A DNA stretch of 64,000 bases, from positions 48,593 to 112,592 of the forward strand of contig CAMZBA010000002.1 in NCBI GenBank assembly GCA_947304395.1. The letters are read 5' to 3'. The stretch's first letter is position 1. The number at the start of each line of letters is the position of its first letter. Positions 47,759-56,495 of the stretch are shown piece by piece. The stretch is from an uncultured Candidatus Saccharibacteria bacterium. Lineage in GTDB: Bacteria; Patescibacteriota; Saccharimonadia; Saccharimonadales; Saccharimonadaceae. The notes under the pieces were generated by a model. The model was not told the DNA's origin. It worked only from the letters and a program-made list of their open reading frames with translations, and made no database searches. The position numbers and the translations under genes are program-made.

Positions 47759-48287
47759 AGACGAAATCGCCCAATATGCAAATGGGTTTATACTAGTAGA
47801 TAACACGGCACTAATTGACGCCTCAAGAGAAGAGGATAGCGCGATGGCGCAGTTTTTGACACGTCTGACAGAGGTGGATTGCGATCTAATATCAACACAG
47901 GCCGTCATGCAGGAATTTACCAGAGGAGCGAAAAATATCACTCAAAGCAATAAGTTCATAGAATTTTTGCAAGCATTAAATATTGAATCCGTTAATTGCA
48001 ATGAAAAACAATTCTTATCCAAGGAAAACGCGCTATTTCGAATCGGATATTGTCAAACCGCAAAGAAGGCAAGCTATGCTGATATGAATTTAGCGCTATT
48101 AGCCTATATTTATAGATCCACAAATATAGGAATATTAACTAGTAATTATTTAGATTTTCCAACCAATCTCTTCGAGAGAACTACATTCATATCATACATT
48201 TGCGCCGACACCATAAGAACCCACGCCATCTTTAAAGTACACTCAGATGCCATACTTGCCAAAATTCTAAAGGAATATAACCAATAG
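47736..48287 (+). CDS. PIN-like domain protein
   Basis: FILVDNTALID (first acidic residue), ...EFTRG..., and ADMNLALLAY...IGILTSNYLDF (distal acidic residues), in the order expected for a PIN fold. Confidence 0.45.
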   Translation: MANLIYNKDEIAQYANGFILVDNTALIDASREEDSAMAQFLTRLTEVDCDLISTQAVMQEFTRGAKNITQSNKFIEFLQALNIESVNCNEKQFLSKENALFRIGYCQTAKKASYADMNLALLAYIYRSTNIGILTSNYLDFPTNLFERTTFISYICADTIRTHAIFKVHSDAILAKILKEYNQ

Positions 48288-48468
48288 TTTAATCAACGAA
48301 ATCTCCCACCAATGCTACAATCGGCATATATCGAACTTTCTTCTTGCCGCATAATGTTCCAAGAATTTATGCTACAAAAGAACGTTTATTTGCGCCCACA
48401 TCAAGACATGTAATAATATTCATTAAACTTTAAGTTTAAAACAAACGCAAAGTAGCAGCACTACTTCT

Positions 48469-48876
48469 CTAGAATAGGCCACCTTTACACATAATCAGCC
48501 CAATCACTGCCGACAATGCGCCAAACAACACAAAGAATAGAGCAGGGGTTGCAATGGCCGTATCTGGTTTTTCAACACTTACCAGCGTACCTATCTTCTC
48601 CCAACTCGCCTCGATCGTTACATTATCAAATGGTATCGTGAATTTATTATTCCTAATCGAAATTGTGCCATCCTCATTCTTTATTACATCTTTTTCTTCA
48701 AAGACTACCTCTTCACCATTATCAGACGTGAGCTTCAACCTCTTCAGGGCGAACCCAGGACTCGCAACCACTTTAAGCGTCACTACTTCGTCGCCCTTGG
48801 CGCTACCTTGCGCCTCAATCGTGACATTACCGTCCGTTTTAGTCTTAATGGTAAAGCGGAAATTAATATCTGCAGT
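48469..48876 (-). pseudogene. 3' remnant of a cell-surface repeat protein with C-terminal TM anchor
   Basis: The frame is open from 48876 with no ATG or signal peptide. It reads ...GNVTIEAQGSAKGDEVVTLKVVASPGFALKRLKLTSDNGEEV...FTIPFDNVTIEASWEK (InlB-B/Listeria-Bacteroides-repeat-like), then a hydrophobic anchor. Confidence 0.4.
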
Positions 48877-48990
48877 TTAGGTAGCCTCGGCAGCGGCTCG
48901 GACGATATTCTTCGTCAGATAATCATAGGTATAACTTCCGGAGTTGTTGCCAATACCATTTCTGTCGACTTTAAAACTGCTTTAGACGCC

Positions 48991-49191
48991 ATGCAAAGAA
49001 AGATATATATTAAACGTCACCGCAACAAAATCTACGATGCATTATTTAAAGAAATAATTACAAGAAAAAACAAATGGGACTTAGATGAAATTAATAGGCT
49101 ATTCTATTTTACAGACAAAGAGTCGGAATTTTTACTACGCAAATTTAGATATCACAAAAACAATAAAGACGAATGGGTGCGCAATAAGTAG
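48991..49191 (+). CDS. possible small basic protein (66 aa)
   Basis: Internal ATG of the 127-aa track ORF. No clear SD sequence and no motif. Confidence 0.2.
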   Translation: MQRKIYIKRHRNKIYDALFKEIITRKNKWDLDEINRLFYFTDKESEFLLRKFRYHKNNKDEWVRNK

Positions 49192-49193
49192 CC

Positions 49194-49829
49194 TTAATAC
49201 GTCAACCACATACTAACACCACCATGATGTGAACATGCTCCGCGCCCAGTAGCATTGCTTCTGGTCCCGTCTCTACAAATAGCACCATATCTCGTGCCGT
49301 TGCCATAACTCGGCGCCCTATATGTTGGTGCTGGCTTAACGTAATAACTCCAATGCAAAGTCGTTCCTGGATATGCATCATACCAACAATTGAACTTTGA
49401 ATTGTCCGCACGACATTCTGCGAGCGCTTTATCTCTTTGTTTTGTCCATGATATTTTATGTTCACATTCGTCTCTCGCGCTTTCGGTTTCATATTCAACG
49501 CCATTGCTGCATTTAAAGAATTGTTTCGTACCGATAACGACTATTTTATTCGTCGGTTCTTTTTCGACCTTTTCAGATTTCTTTCTACGGTTGGTTTCGT
49601 CACCAAATCTACTCGTTACTTCATAGGTTACAGATTTTGATCCGTCTTTTCCGTCTTGTGTAACCTTAGTTATTCCTTCACGAAGAGTATTATCATATTT
49701 GGTTACGGTAGAGTAGGGAATAGCCTCTTGCTTAGTAAAATCCTCCGTAGAGTAACCGCTACCAAAAAGTGCCCATGTACCAAATGGTATACCTGCGAGT
49801 AATAACCAAGCTTTGACTTTCTCTTTCAT
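49194..49829 (-). CDS. secreted G5-domain protein with C-terminal DUF3761
   Basis: Signal peptide. G5-like segment (STVTKYDNTLREGITKVTQDGKDGSKSVTYEVT...KIVVIGTK). C-terminus reads GAICRDGTRSNATGRGACSHHGGVSMW. Confidence 0.7.
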   Translation of the reverse strand: MKEKVKAWLLLAGIPFGTWALFGSGYSTEDFTKQEAIPYSTVTKYDNTLREGITKVTQDGKDGSKSVTYEVTSRFGDETNRRKKSEKVEKEPTNKIVVIGTKQFFKCSNGVEYETESARDECEHKISWTKQRDKALAECRADNSKFNCWYDAYPGTTLHWSYYVKPAPTYRAPSYGNGTRYGAICRDGTRSNATGRGACSHHGGVSMWLTY

Positions 49830-49927
49830 TAATCTATATTATACCATATTTTTATTAATTTATCAATGAACAAACGGGACCATAACCATCACTTTATCTA
49901 TAACCTTTATGCTATAATAAAACCATC

Positions 49928-50917
49928 ATGGAGCAGGGAGGTAAAAGCAAAAATATCCTATTTTTAGCCGTCGCTATCCTTTTCCCGCCATTCTTCCCGC
50001 ATTATTACGCCAAATATCTCGCACCGACTCGACCAAAATATCAAAAACCTATATATGCAGTCGGCCATGCCTGGCTTATTATTTGGCTCTTTATCGCCAC
50101 TACAACCCTCCCAACTCTTCAGAAACCCCAATACGAACAAGCCAGTTACAACTCTACTCCTAGCTACGCCTTTGCTTCTGATGCTTACGCGGAACAAAGT
50201 TCCGCCTACGAGCAGAAATTCTACGCCGAACTCAAAAAAGCTCAGCCTATCAAAACCGAAACCAAGACTAAGACCGTCACCCAATCTCAAAGCACTACTA
50301 GTCAAACCCCAAGCTCCACACAGAAGCAAAACACTAAATCTCAAACCACAGCTAATACTACCTCCGCCATGTCCGGCATCAAGATTGCCGAGGCGGACAA
50401 TTCGCCATATCTTCGCGCCAACTACGGCAAAGGTTGGAATGTTGGCACAGGATGCAATATCCGCTCACGTCTCCTTACTGCCCAATCTACCGTACCGGTC
50501 AAAACCTCGAATGGCTGCCTTGTTACTTACGGATCCTGGATCGATCCATACTCTGGCGCCAAGCTAACTGGCAATCCTTATCAGGGCGATGGCGAAGATA
50601 ACGATCTTGATATCGACCATATCATCCCGCTTCGTTACGTTAACCAACATGGCGGCTACGCATGGTCTCACACTCAAAAACAAAATTACGGCAAAAGTTT
50701 GTCCGCCATGAACAATGGCGTATATATTGCTGTGTCCTCCAAAGAAAATCGCCGAAAAAGCGACCAAGGTCCTGCCGACTATTATCCAAGCAATCCGAAT
50801 TTTTACTGCGAATACGCCAAACGTTGGCGCGATATTGCTCGAACGTATTCAATTTCACTCTCTCAACGCGACTACAACAAAATTGAAGGAGCCCTATCTC
50901 AATGCGGCATCAAGTGA
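49928..50917 (+). CDS. membrane-anchored extracellular HNH/DUF1524-type nuclease
   Basis: Two N-terminal TM helices, a Thr/Ser/Gln-rich linker, then DLDIDHIIPL...SKENRRKSDQGPADYYP (the His-Me finger pattern of the GmrSD C-terminal/DUF1524 family). Confidence 0.65.
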   Translation: MEQGGKSKNILFLAVAILFPPFFPHYYAKYLAPTRPKYQKPIYAVGHAWLIIWLFIATTTLPTLQKPQYEQASYNSTPSYAFASDAYAEQSSAYEQKFYAELKKAQPIKTETKTKTVTQSQSTTSQTPSSTQKQNTKSQTTANTTSAMSGIKIAEADNSPYLRANYGKGWNVGTGCNIRSRLLTAQSTVPVKTSNGCLVTYGSWIDPYSGAKLTGNPYQGDGEDNDLDIDHIIPLRYVNQHGGYAWSHTQKQNYGKSLSAMNNGVYIAVSSKENRRKSDQGPADYYPSNPNFYCEYAKRWRDIARTYSISLSQRDYNKIEGALSQCGIK

Positions 50918-51123
50918 ATCAAAAAGCTCTTGAAGACTCCATCTCTAACGGCTACATTATTACATTGTTGATTATTATTCCGCCCGTCGGTTTCTACTTT
51001 GCTGCCAAATACCGTAAAAAATGGACGCATCGCCCATTATTTGTGGTCGCATACGTTATATATCTCGTCCTAATCATACTCGGGCTCTACTTTTTGGGAA
51101 CATACCCAGGAGCTGTCCGATGA
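50902..51123 (+). CDS. small two-TM membrane protein
   Basis: 73-aa ORF overlapping both neighbours. Its PPVGFYFAAKYRKKW segment resembles the N-terminus of the product of 49928..50917. Confidence 0.45.
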   Translation: MRHQVNQKALEDSISNGYIITLLIIIPPVGFYFAAKYRKKWTHRPLFVVAYVIYLVLIILGLYFLGTYPGAVR

Positions 51124-52634
51124 GCAAAGATGTCACCGATTACTCGCCGCAGGAATATGCACATATCTACCGGCAATTAAACGCAAAATATCGTTCTAGC
51201 TTTAATACTGAACGCCAAGAACTCTCCGCAATTAAACAATCTGCCCAATCCGAAATATCCGCATTAAAAATCGACCTTACCAACGTTCGACAACAATACA
51301 TTATTGGCTCCTATGGATCAGCCATAGTTTACATCGACCGTCTCGAATGTGGTAATAGTGTAATAAATTTCAACGAACCATACATCGTTGAGCCATATTC
51401 AACCAAAATTCGCGAAATCTATGGCTACTACAAAAACGGCAACCCGCGCACGCATCTCGTCAACTACTCGTTTGCGCGTTTCGTATCAAGCGAATATACA
51501 ATCGATATCGCTGCCGGCAACACTAAGACCGAAGCCAAGCAGCTGATTAATGATCTCAAACAAAAAATCGCTGCTAATGCCACGAAAAAACCAGAATTAG
51601 ACCAGCAAGTTGCCGAAATCGAACAAAAAATTCAAGCCGCTGAAGCAAAGCTAGCCGAGGACCTCGCTACTGCCAAAGAGCATCACCAAGATCAACGCCA
51701 AAAATATACAAACGCAATCGACCGTCTTTTTTCGTCAGGCACATCAACACAATATCGACATATTTTTAGGCCGTCTCGCCTAATATTATTAGCTTGTTCA
51801 TTATTACCCGGACTTGCAATTCTATTGTGCAGCTTTTCTGGCTATTCGACATTTTTTAAAACAATCGCCGAATCAAACTACGATTACGATATCGTCGTCA
51901 ACGATGAAATAACTCTCGACTGCAACCTCAACTACGACAACGCAAAACATTACTTCTATTGTGAGCAACAGGAATATACTAGTAAAGTCTCCAAAACCGA
52001 ATCAACCGATTTTACTAATAATAATGGCAAACTTAGCCCCACCGCTTCGGATACTTTTACAGCCGTTACACCACTGCAAATCATCCCTTCTAGCAAATGG
52101 GCGATCGAAGATATCAGCTTCAACAAAACCGCCGAAGCTTTTAGCAAATCTTCCGACAAACTTAGCCTATATAACACTTTTCTTGGATTGACCGTCGCAC
52201 AAAAAGAAGTCCGTATTAATTGGAATTTCTCGCAAGAAGACAAAGACCTCATGCGCAAAGTCTGGAGCGAATGGAAAACCGAACAAGAAAATAAAGCCCG
52301 CGAACAATTAGCCGCCGAAATTAAGGCTAAAGAAGAAGCCGCCAAGAAAGCCGCCGAGGAGGCAGCGAAAAAGGCTGCCGAAGAAGCTGCGAAAAAGGCC
52401 GCCGAGGAAGCAGCCAAGGAGGCAGCTCGCATAAAAGCCGCCGAGGAAGCTCGCAAATCTCAAAATAGCATCACGCCAAGCCCAAGCACGCCCAACACAA
52501 CCAGCCCCAATAACGGAGCGGGGCAGCAATCGGGTGTTCGGACTGGCGCCATCTGCAATGACGGGACCAGTAGTACGGCCACAGGACGCGGCGCCTGCTC
52601 TCGTCACGGCGGCGTCAAATATTGGACATATTAG
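51120..52634 (+). CDS. membrane protein: coiled-coil N-terminus, one TM, Ala/Lys/Glu repeat, C-terminal DUF3761
   Basis: Start re-called to ATG 51120 (ATGA overlap with the upstream gene). TM helix LILLACSLLPGLAILLCSF. (E)EAAKKAA repeat. C-terminus reads GAICNDGTSSTATGRGACSRHGGVKYW. Confidence 0.65.
   Translation: MSKDVTDYSPQEYAHIYRQLNAKYRSSFNTERQELSAIKQSAQSEISALKIDLTNVRQQYIIGSYGSAIVYIDRLECGNSVINFNEPYIVEPYSTKIREIYGYYKNGNPRTHLVNYSFARFVSSEYTIDIAAGNTKTEAKQLINDLKQKIAANATKKPELDQQVAEIEQKIQAAEAKLAEDLATAKEHHQDQRQKYTNAIDRLFSSGTSTQYRHIFRPSRLILLACSLLPGLAILLCSFSGYSTFFKTIAESNYDYDIVVNDEITLDCNLNYDNAKHYFYCEQQEYTSKVSKTESTDFTNNNGKLSPTASDTFTAVTPLQIIPSSKWAIEDISFNKTAEAFSKSSDKLSLYNTFLGLTVAQKEVRINWNFSQEDKDLMRKVWSEWKTEQENKAREQLAAEIKAKEEAAKKAAEEAAKKAAEEAAKKAAEEAAKEAARIKAAEEARKSQNSITPSPSTPNTTSPNNGAGQQSGVRTGAICNDGTSSTATGRGACSRHGGVKYWTY
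52332..52427 (+). repeat. in-frame 24-bp tandem repeat (4 units, EEAAKKAA)
   Basis: The units are gaagaagccgccaagaaagccgcc, gaggaggcagcgaaaaaggctgcc, gaagaagctgcgaaaaaggccgcc and gaggaagcagccaaggaggcagct. Confidence 0.8.
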
Positions 52635-52662
52635 TACAATTAACCTTCACCAAAAACCAATC

Positions 52663-52690
52663 ACCTCCGTCAAGATCGACGGAGGTTTTT
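52663..52690 (+). terminator. rho-independent terminator
   Basis: 9-bp stem acctccgtc / gacggaggt with a 6-nt loop, then TTTTT. Confidence 0.7.
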
Positions 52691-52738
52691 ATTGCTCCTT
52701 GCTAGCATATTATGCATTATCAGACTTTTTAACTCCAT

Positions 52739-52764
52739 GAAAAATCCCGCACATCCGTGCGGGA
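52739..52764 (-). terminator. rho-independent terminator of 52772..53383
   Basis: Stem tcccgcac / gtgcggga with loop atcc, and a T-run on the minus strand. A near-identical copy lies at 53938-53966. Confidence 0.65.
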
Positions 52765-52771
52765 ATAAATG

Positions 52772-53383
52772 TCACTCTCCGGGCTTTATTACAATCGCAT
52801 TGCGACGCCGCTTAACCTTCAAATCTACATCGTGCCAGTACCGATCGTTCAGACGCCCCTCCGCAAGGTATTCGTCGTACCGATCGCTGTCGATGGAAGC
52901 GGCCTCAAACGCCTCTTTATGTAACTCATCGCGAACAAACCACCGAAGCACATTCACGCCGTCTTTGGTGACCACATAGATAGAGTACTCTTTGTACGTA
53001 GTATATGTGCAAACCATATCGCCGTTGCGCACACCCAACATCACAATATCTAAAAAATCACTCCGTATGATACTACGAGTTTTCGCAGCCTGGCAATTCG
53101 GCTCCACAATCCGACAGTAGTCGAGGTCCTCGTCGTAATCCTTCATTAGCACGAGATGCGTTTCTCTCGAACGAGGACGTTTGGAAGTAATTATCGGAAG
53201 ACCAGCCAACTTGGACTCAGACGTGAATCTCTGTATTATAGTCAGATCTTCTCGCCATCCATACAGTCGCCCTCCGACACCTCCGTCCACTAACGCTACG
53301 ACGGTTTCGCCAATACCAAATACTGCAAACGCCTGGCCGTCAAGGGTCTTCACCTTTAGCTGTATGCCAAAATAAACTCCCAT
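52772..53383 (-). CDS. MG[VI]YF-family protein (member 1, MGVYFG type)
   Basis: Starts MGVYFG. Shares GW.(E/D)DL, (Y/H)LVL..(D)Y, AKTRS(I/V)(I/V)R and NGDMVC blocks with the other members. GGAGG SD present. Confidence 0.7.
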   Translation of the reverse strand: MGVYFGIQLKVKTLDGQAFAVFGIGETVVALVDGGVGGRLYGWREDLTIIQRFTSESKLAGLPIITSKRPRSRETHLVLMKDYDEDLDYCRIVEPNCQAAKTRSIIRSDFLDIVMLGVRNGDMVCTYTTYKEYSIYVVTKDGVNVLRWFVRDELHKEAFEAASIDSDRYDEYLAEGRLNDRYWHDVDLKVKRRRNAIVIKPGE

Positions 53384-53412
53384 TTTCTCACCTCCTCTTG
53401 GAACGGGAATTA

Positions 53413-53452
53413 TTAATGTGCATTAGAGTAACTTTATATTGTGATTATATCA
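53413..53452 (-). promoter_or_regulatory. extended -10 promoter plus TAATG-N2-CATTA inverted repeat upstream of 52772..53383
   Basis: The minus strand reads TGaTATAAT (53452-53444), then cacaatataaagttactctaatgcacattaa. The block is conserved with 56496-56528. Confidence 0.45.
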
Positions 53453-53488
53453 CAAATAGTCAAATAAGTCAATACTATCGTATTAACT

Positions 53489-53923
53489 CAGCACCTTTGC
53501 AACATTTACGACGGAGTCATAAACCTTAAGCCTAATAATCTGGCAGTTCATTCAGATGCGTGCGTGGAGTCGAAGAGATAGTTGGTATCCGCCAAGAACA
53601 GACAGACAGGCGGAAGCTAGATATGGGGTTATCTTTTTGTCTTACTTGGTTTTCTAATGCAATATGAGAGTTTAGAGCTAACCATTTACGTTTCCATCTC
53701 CAGATAGTTGTACGGCTCACACCAAATCTATCCGCAACTATTTGAACGGATAATTCATCTATGAAAAGCAATTTCATTGCTTTTCCTCTCGCTTTTTCTA
53801 GGCTAGGGTTGGTAGAATAACTCATAGGACGGGTCTCCTTTATTTAAGTGGTATTAAACAAAGTATATGACTCGTCCTTTTTTGTTGGCTATTGCCAGCT
53901 AGCTATGTTGCAAAGGTGCTGAA
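53489..53923 (-). mobile_element. degenerate IS/MITE-like element bounded by perfect 18-bp inverted repeats
   Basis: TCAGCACCTTTGCAACAT at 53489-53506 and its exact reverse complement at 53906-53923 flank a truncated transposase HTH ORF. Confidence 0.6.
53532..53825 (-). pseudogene. transposase N-terminal HTH fragment (no catalytic domain)
   Basis: LSVQIVADRFGVSRTTIWRWKRKW is typical of IS3/IS481/IS630-type HTH leaders. The ORF ends after 97 aa with no DDE region. Confidence 0.55.
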
Positions 53924-53937
53924 CGGTCTACGCCCAT

Positions 53938-53966
53938 TAAAAATTCCCGCACTTCCGTGCGGGAAT
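53938..53966 (-). terminator. rho-independent terminator of the four-gene MG[VI]YF operon
   Basis: Stem ttcccgcac / gtgcgggaa with loop ttcc, and a T-run on the minus strand. Confidence 0.65.
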
Positions 53967-53991
53967 AACCATCACTCTAAAACAAAAAGGT

Positions 53992-54615
53992 TCAATGCTT
54001 CCTCTTACGCCGCTTTCTCTTCGGTTCGAGACTCATATCGTCCCAGTGCTCATAAATGCAGCCGTTGTATCTGAAATCTAGATACTCCCCCAGGCCGCTT
54101 GCCTGAAAAGCCTGATTATCTTTTAATTTATCGAGCAAAGAATAATAACTACTTTGCACGAACCCGATGCGCCCCTCCAGCGCAAAGAACAGGCTGCACG
54201 CATGTTGAGGGTTAATCACGCAAACCATGTTCTTATTGCGAAGTTCTACGATGGCAATATCGCTAGCCACCGCCTCATTGTCCGCATAGAGGTCAACATT
54301 CTCCTCTCTGCGCACAACGCTTCGAGTTTTTGCATGTTGCCCTCTGAGCTCTATGACGGAATCTCGCTTCAGAAAACCATAAAAGTAGTCTTTCTTCAGA
54401 ACAACATACATTTCATTCTCATCCGACGGCTTCAGCAAGAGCAGAGAACTACGCGATACACCAAACGGCGTAAGTGGCAACTGCTCAAAGATCAAGCCGT
54501 CACACCATCCGTTAAGCTCACCTTCCAGAGAAGGGTCCGCCTTCGCAATGACCCGACCCCCAGAGTAAACAAGCCCATCCTTCACGTGGCACGGCGTACC
54601 GAAATAAACACCCAT
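53992..54615 (-). CDS. MG[VI]YF-family protein (member 2, MGVYFG type)
   Basis: Start re-called to MGVYFG (ATG 54615) after GAGGGGGGTG. Family blocks GWCDGL, YVVLKKDY, AKTRSVVR and KNMVCV are present, with a basic tail KRKRRKRKH. Confidence 0.7.
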   Translation of the reverse strand: MGVYFGTPCHVKDGLVYSGGRVIAKADPSLEGELNGWCDGLIFEQLPLTPFGVSRSSLLLLKPSDENEMYVVLKKDYFYGFLKRDSVIELRGQHAKTRSVVRREENVDLYADNEAVASDIAIVELRNKNMVCVINPQHACSLFFALEGRIGFVQSSYYSLLDKLKDNQAFQASGLGEYLDFRYNGCIYEHWDDMSLEPKRKRRKRKH

Positions 54616-54626
54616 TTTCACCCCCC

Positions 54627-55166
54627 TCATTCAGATAAAAGTGGCCAGAGGACACTATCGTCTCCCGTAGACAGTTTGTTCAGACATGGCGAATACCGCC
54701 ACTCTTTTAGACGATCAAGTCTACTCTCGACAAATACGGAGCCGTCATCCGCTACGACGTATACCACCCTTCGCCGACTATAATCGGTAACGCATAACAT
54801 ATCCCCCCTGCATACCTTCAGGACCGCAACGTCATATACACCCTCGCAGCCCCTAATTCCTGGCGCGTAATACAGGACTTTTATTGACTCGATACCCGTA
54901 CGCGTTGTTATTATTTCTTCATCGCACTCATTGCCTTTACCATGAAGAGTCGCAAGAACCAGGTAGGTGTCATCACTTTCCTGGCGGGAAATCAGCAGAC
55001 GTCCATCGGGGTTGACCTGCAGAGATAAGTCCGGCCGCCACCGAACCAATGGTTCTTTGGCGAAAGTCTTGTCCGCCAGCAGGATGGGGCGACCATGAAA
55101 ATAGAGCCCAATCCCACAACCAGACCTATCGCCTACGGTTAACGGAACATCGAAATAAATACCCAT
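54627..55166 (-). CDS. MG[VI]YF-family protein (member 3, MGIYFDVP type, 179 aa)
   Basis: Start re-called to ATG 55166 after AAGGAG. It is close to identical to member 5, including a 96-bp identical DNA tract at 54945-55040. Confidence 0.75.
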   Translation of the reverse strand: MGIYFDVPLTVGDRSGCGIGLYFHGRPILLADKTFAKEPLVRWRPDLSLQVNPDGRLLISRQESDDTYLVLATLHGKGNECDEEIITTRTGIESIKVLYYAPGIRGCEGVYDVAVLKVCRGDMLCVTDYSRRRVVYVVADDGSVFVESRLDRLKEWRYSPCLNKLSTGDDSVLWPLLSE

Positions 55167-55206
55167 CTTTTCATCTCCTTTTTTAGTGTAGAGTTGTCGA
55201 TAAACA

Positions 55207-55914
55207 TTACCATTCCTTTTTAGGATAAACAGGATACCAGTATCTAGGACCAAATGAATTCAAGGAATTCTTCACTTTCTCGCTCAGCGGCATGGTCCTG
55301 TCACTGAGTACGCGCTCACGCAAGCCGTCATATGTTTCAGAAGTAAAAGACTCCACGCCATTTTCCGAAACCAAATAGAGCGTCAAATTGTTTGTCTCAA
55401 TACAGCAAAACATATCGTCCTTTTGAGCTTCAAATACCAAAACGTCTCCAAAAACGTTTTTACATAAAGGAATGCGTCCATAAGATCGAATCATCTCGGA
55501 CTGCTGGTCTTTCGGCTTCGTGATCATGCTAGGCGCAAGCCCGTCTCGCAGGCGTCTCGCCAAGACTAAATAAGTATAGTCTTTTTGAGAATGCGTCAGC
55601 TTCGGTAACGGAATGCCAGATGGAAAATCAACAAGGTCAGGTGAGAATTCAAGAGAAAACTTAATAAGCCGCGAATCATCTGCTTCAATTAAGCCACGCT
55701 CATTGACGTGCCATCCACCACGAACCACGCACGGTACTGGTATAATAGGCCTGTACTTTTTAGGCGGCGAATAATCGATCGATAAGTCGCTGTGCCATCC
55801 CTCAAACTCACTACATTCCGAGAATTGGCCATCTAGCGCAAAGATGTCCCGCTCGCCCAATTTTACCGTATCATATTCAGTTTTCTGCAGCGCTACGCCA
55901 AAATAAACCCCCAT
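55207..55914 (-). CDS. MG[VI]YF-family protein (member 4, MGVYFG type, 235 aa)
   Basis: Starts MGVYFG. Family blocks GWHSDL, TYLVLARRL and KDDMFCC are present, with an extra insertion of about 50 aa. Confidence 0.7.
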   Translation of the reverse strand: MGVYFGVALQKTEYDTVKLGERDIFALDGQFSECSEFEGWHSDLSIDYSPPKKYRPIIPVPCVVRGGWHVNERGLIEADDSRLIKFSLEFSPDLVDFPSGIPLPKLTHSQKDYTYLVLARRLRDGLAPSMITKPKDQQSEMIRSYGRIPLCKNVFGDVLVFEAQKDDMFCCIETNNLTLYLVSENGVESFTSETYDGLRERVLSDRTMPLSEKVKNSLNSFGPRYWYPVYPKKEW

Positions 55915-55926
55915 CTTTTCTCCCCC

Positions 55927-56466
55927 TCATTCAGATAAAATTGGCCAAAGGACACTATCGTCTTCCGTGGACAGTTTGTTCAGATATGGCGAATGTCGCC
56001 ACTCACTCAGACGATCAGGTCTACTCTCGACAAATACGGAGCCGTCATCCGCTACGATGTATACCATCCTTCGCCAACCATAATCAGTAACACACAACAA
56101 ATCCCCCCTGCATACCTTCAGGACCGTAACGTCATATACGCCCTCGCAGGCCCTAATTCCTTTCGCGGAATACAGGGCTTTTATTGATTTACTATGCGCA
56201 TGCGTCGTGTATATTCTTTCATCGCGCTCATAACCTTTACCATAAAGAGTCGCAAGAACCAGGTAGGTGTCATCACTTTCCTGGCGGGAAATCAGCAGAC
56301 GTCCATCGGGGTTGACCTGCAGAGATAAGTCCGGCCGCCATCGAGCCAACGACTCTTCGGCGAAAGTCTTATCCGCCAGCAGAATAGGGGAACCATGAAA
56401 ATAGAACTCCACGCCACAACCAGGCCTGTCGCCTACAGTTAACGGAACATCGAAATAAATACCCAT
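55927..56466 (-). CDS. MG[VI]YF-family protein (member 5, MGIYFDVP type, 179 aa)
   Basis: First gene of the minus-strand operon. Same length as member 3 and offset from it by exactly 1,300 bp. Confidence 0.75.
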   Translation of the reverse strand: MGIYFDVPLTVGDRPGCGVEFYFHGSPILLADKTFAEESLARWRPDLSLQVNPDGRLLISRQESDDTYLVLATLYGKGYERDERIYTTHAHSKSIKALYSAKGIRACEGVYDVTVLKVCRGDLLCVTDYGWRRMVYIVADDGSVFVESRPDRLSEWRHSPYLNKLSTEDDSVLWPILSE

Positions 56467-56495
56467 CTTTTTATCTCCTTTTTAGTGTAGAGTTG

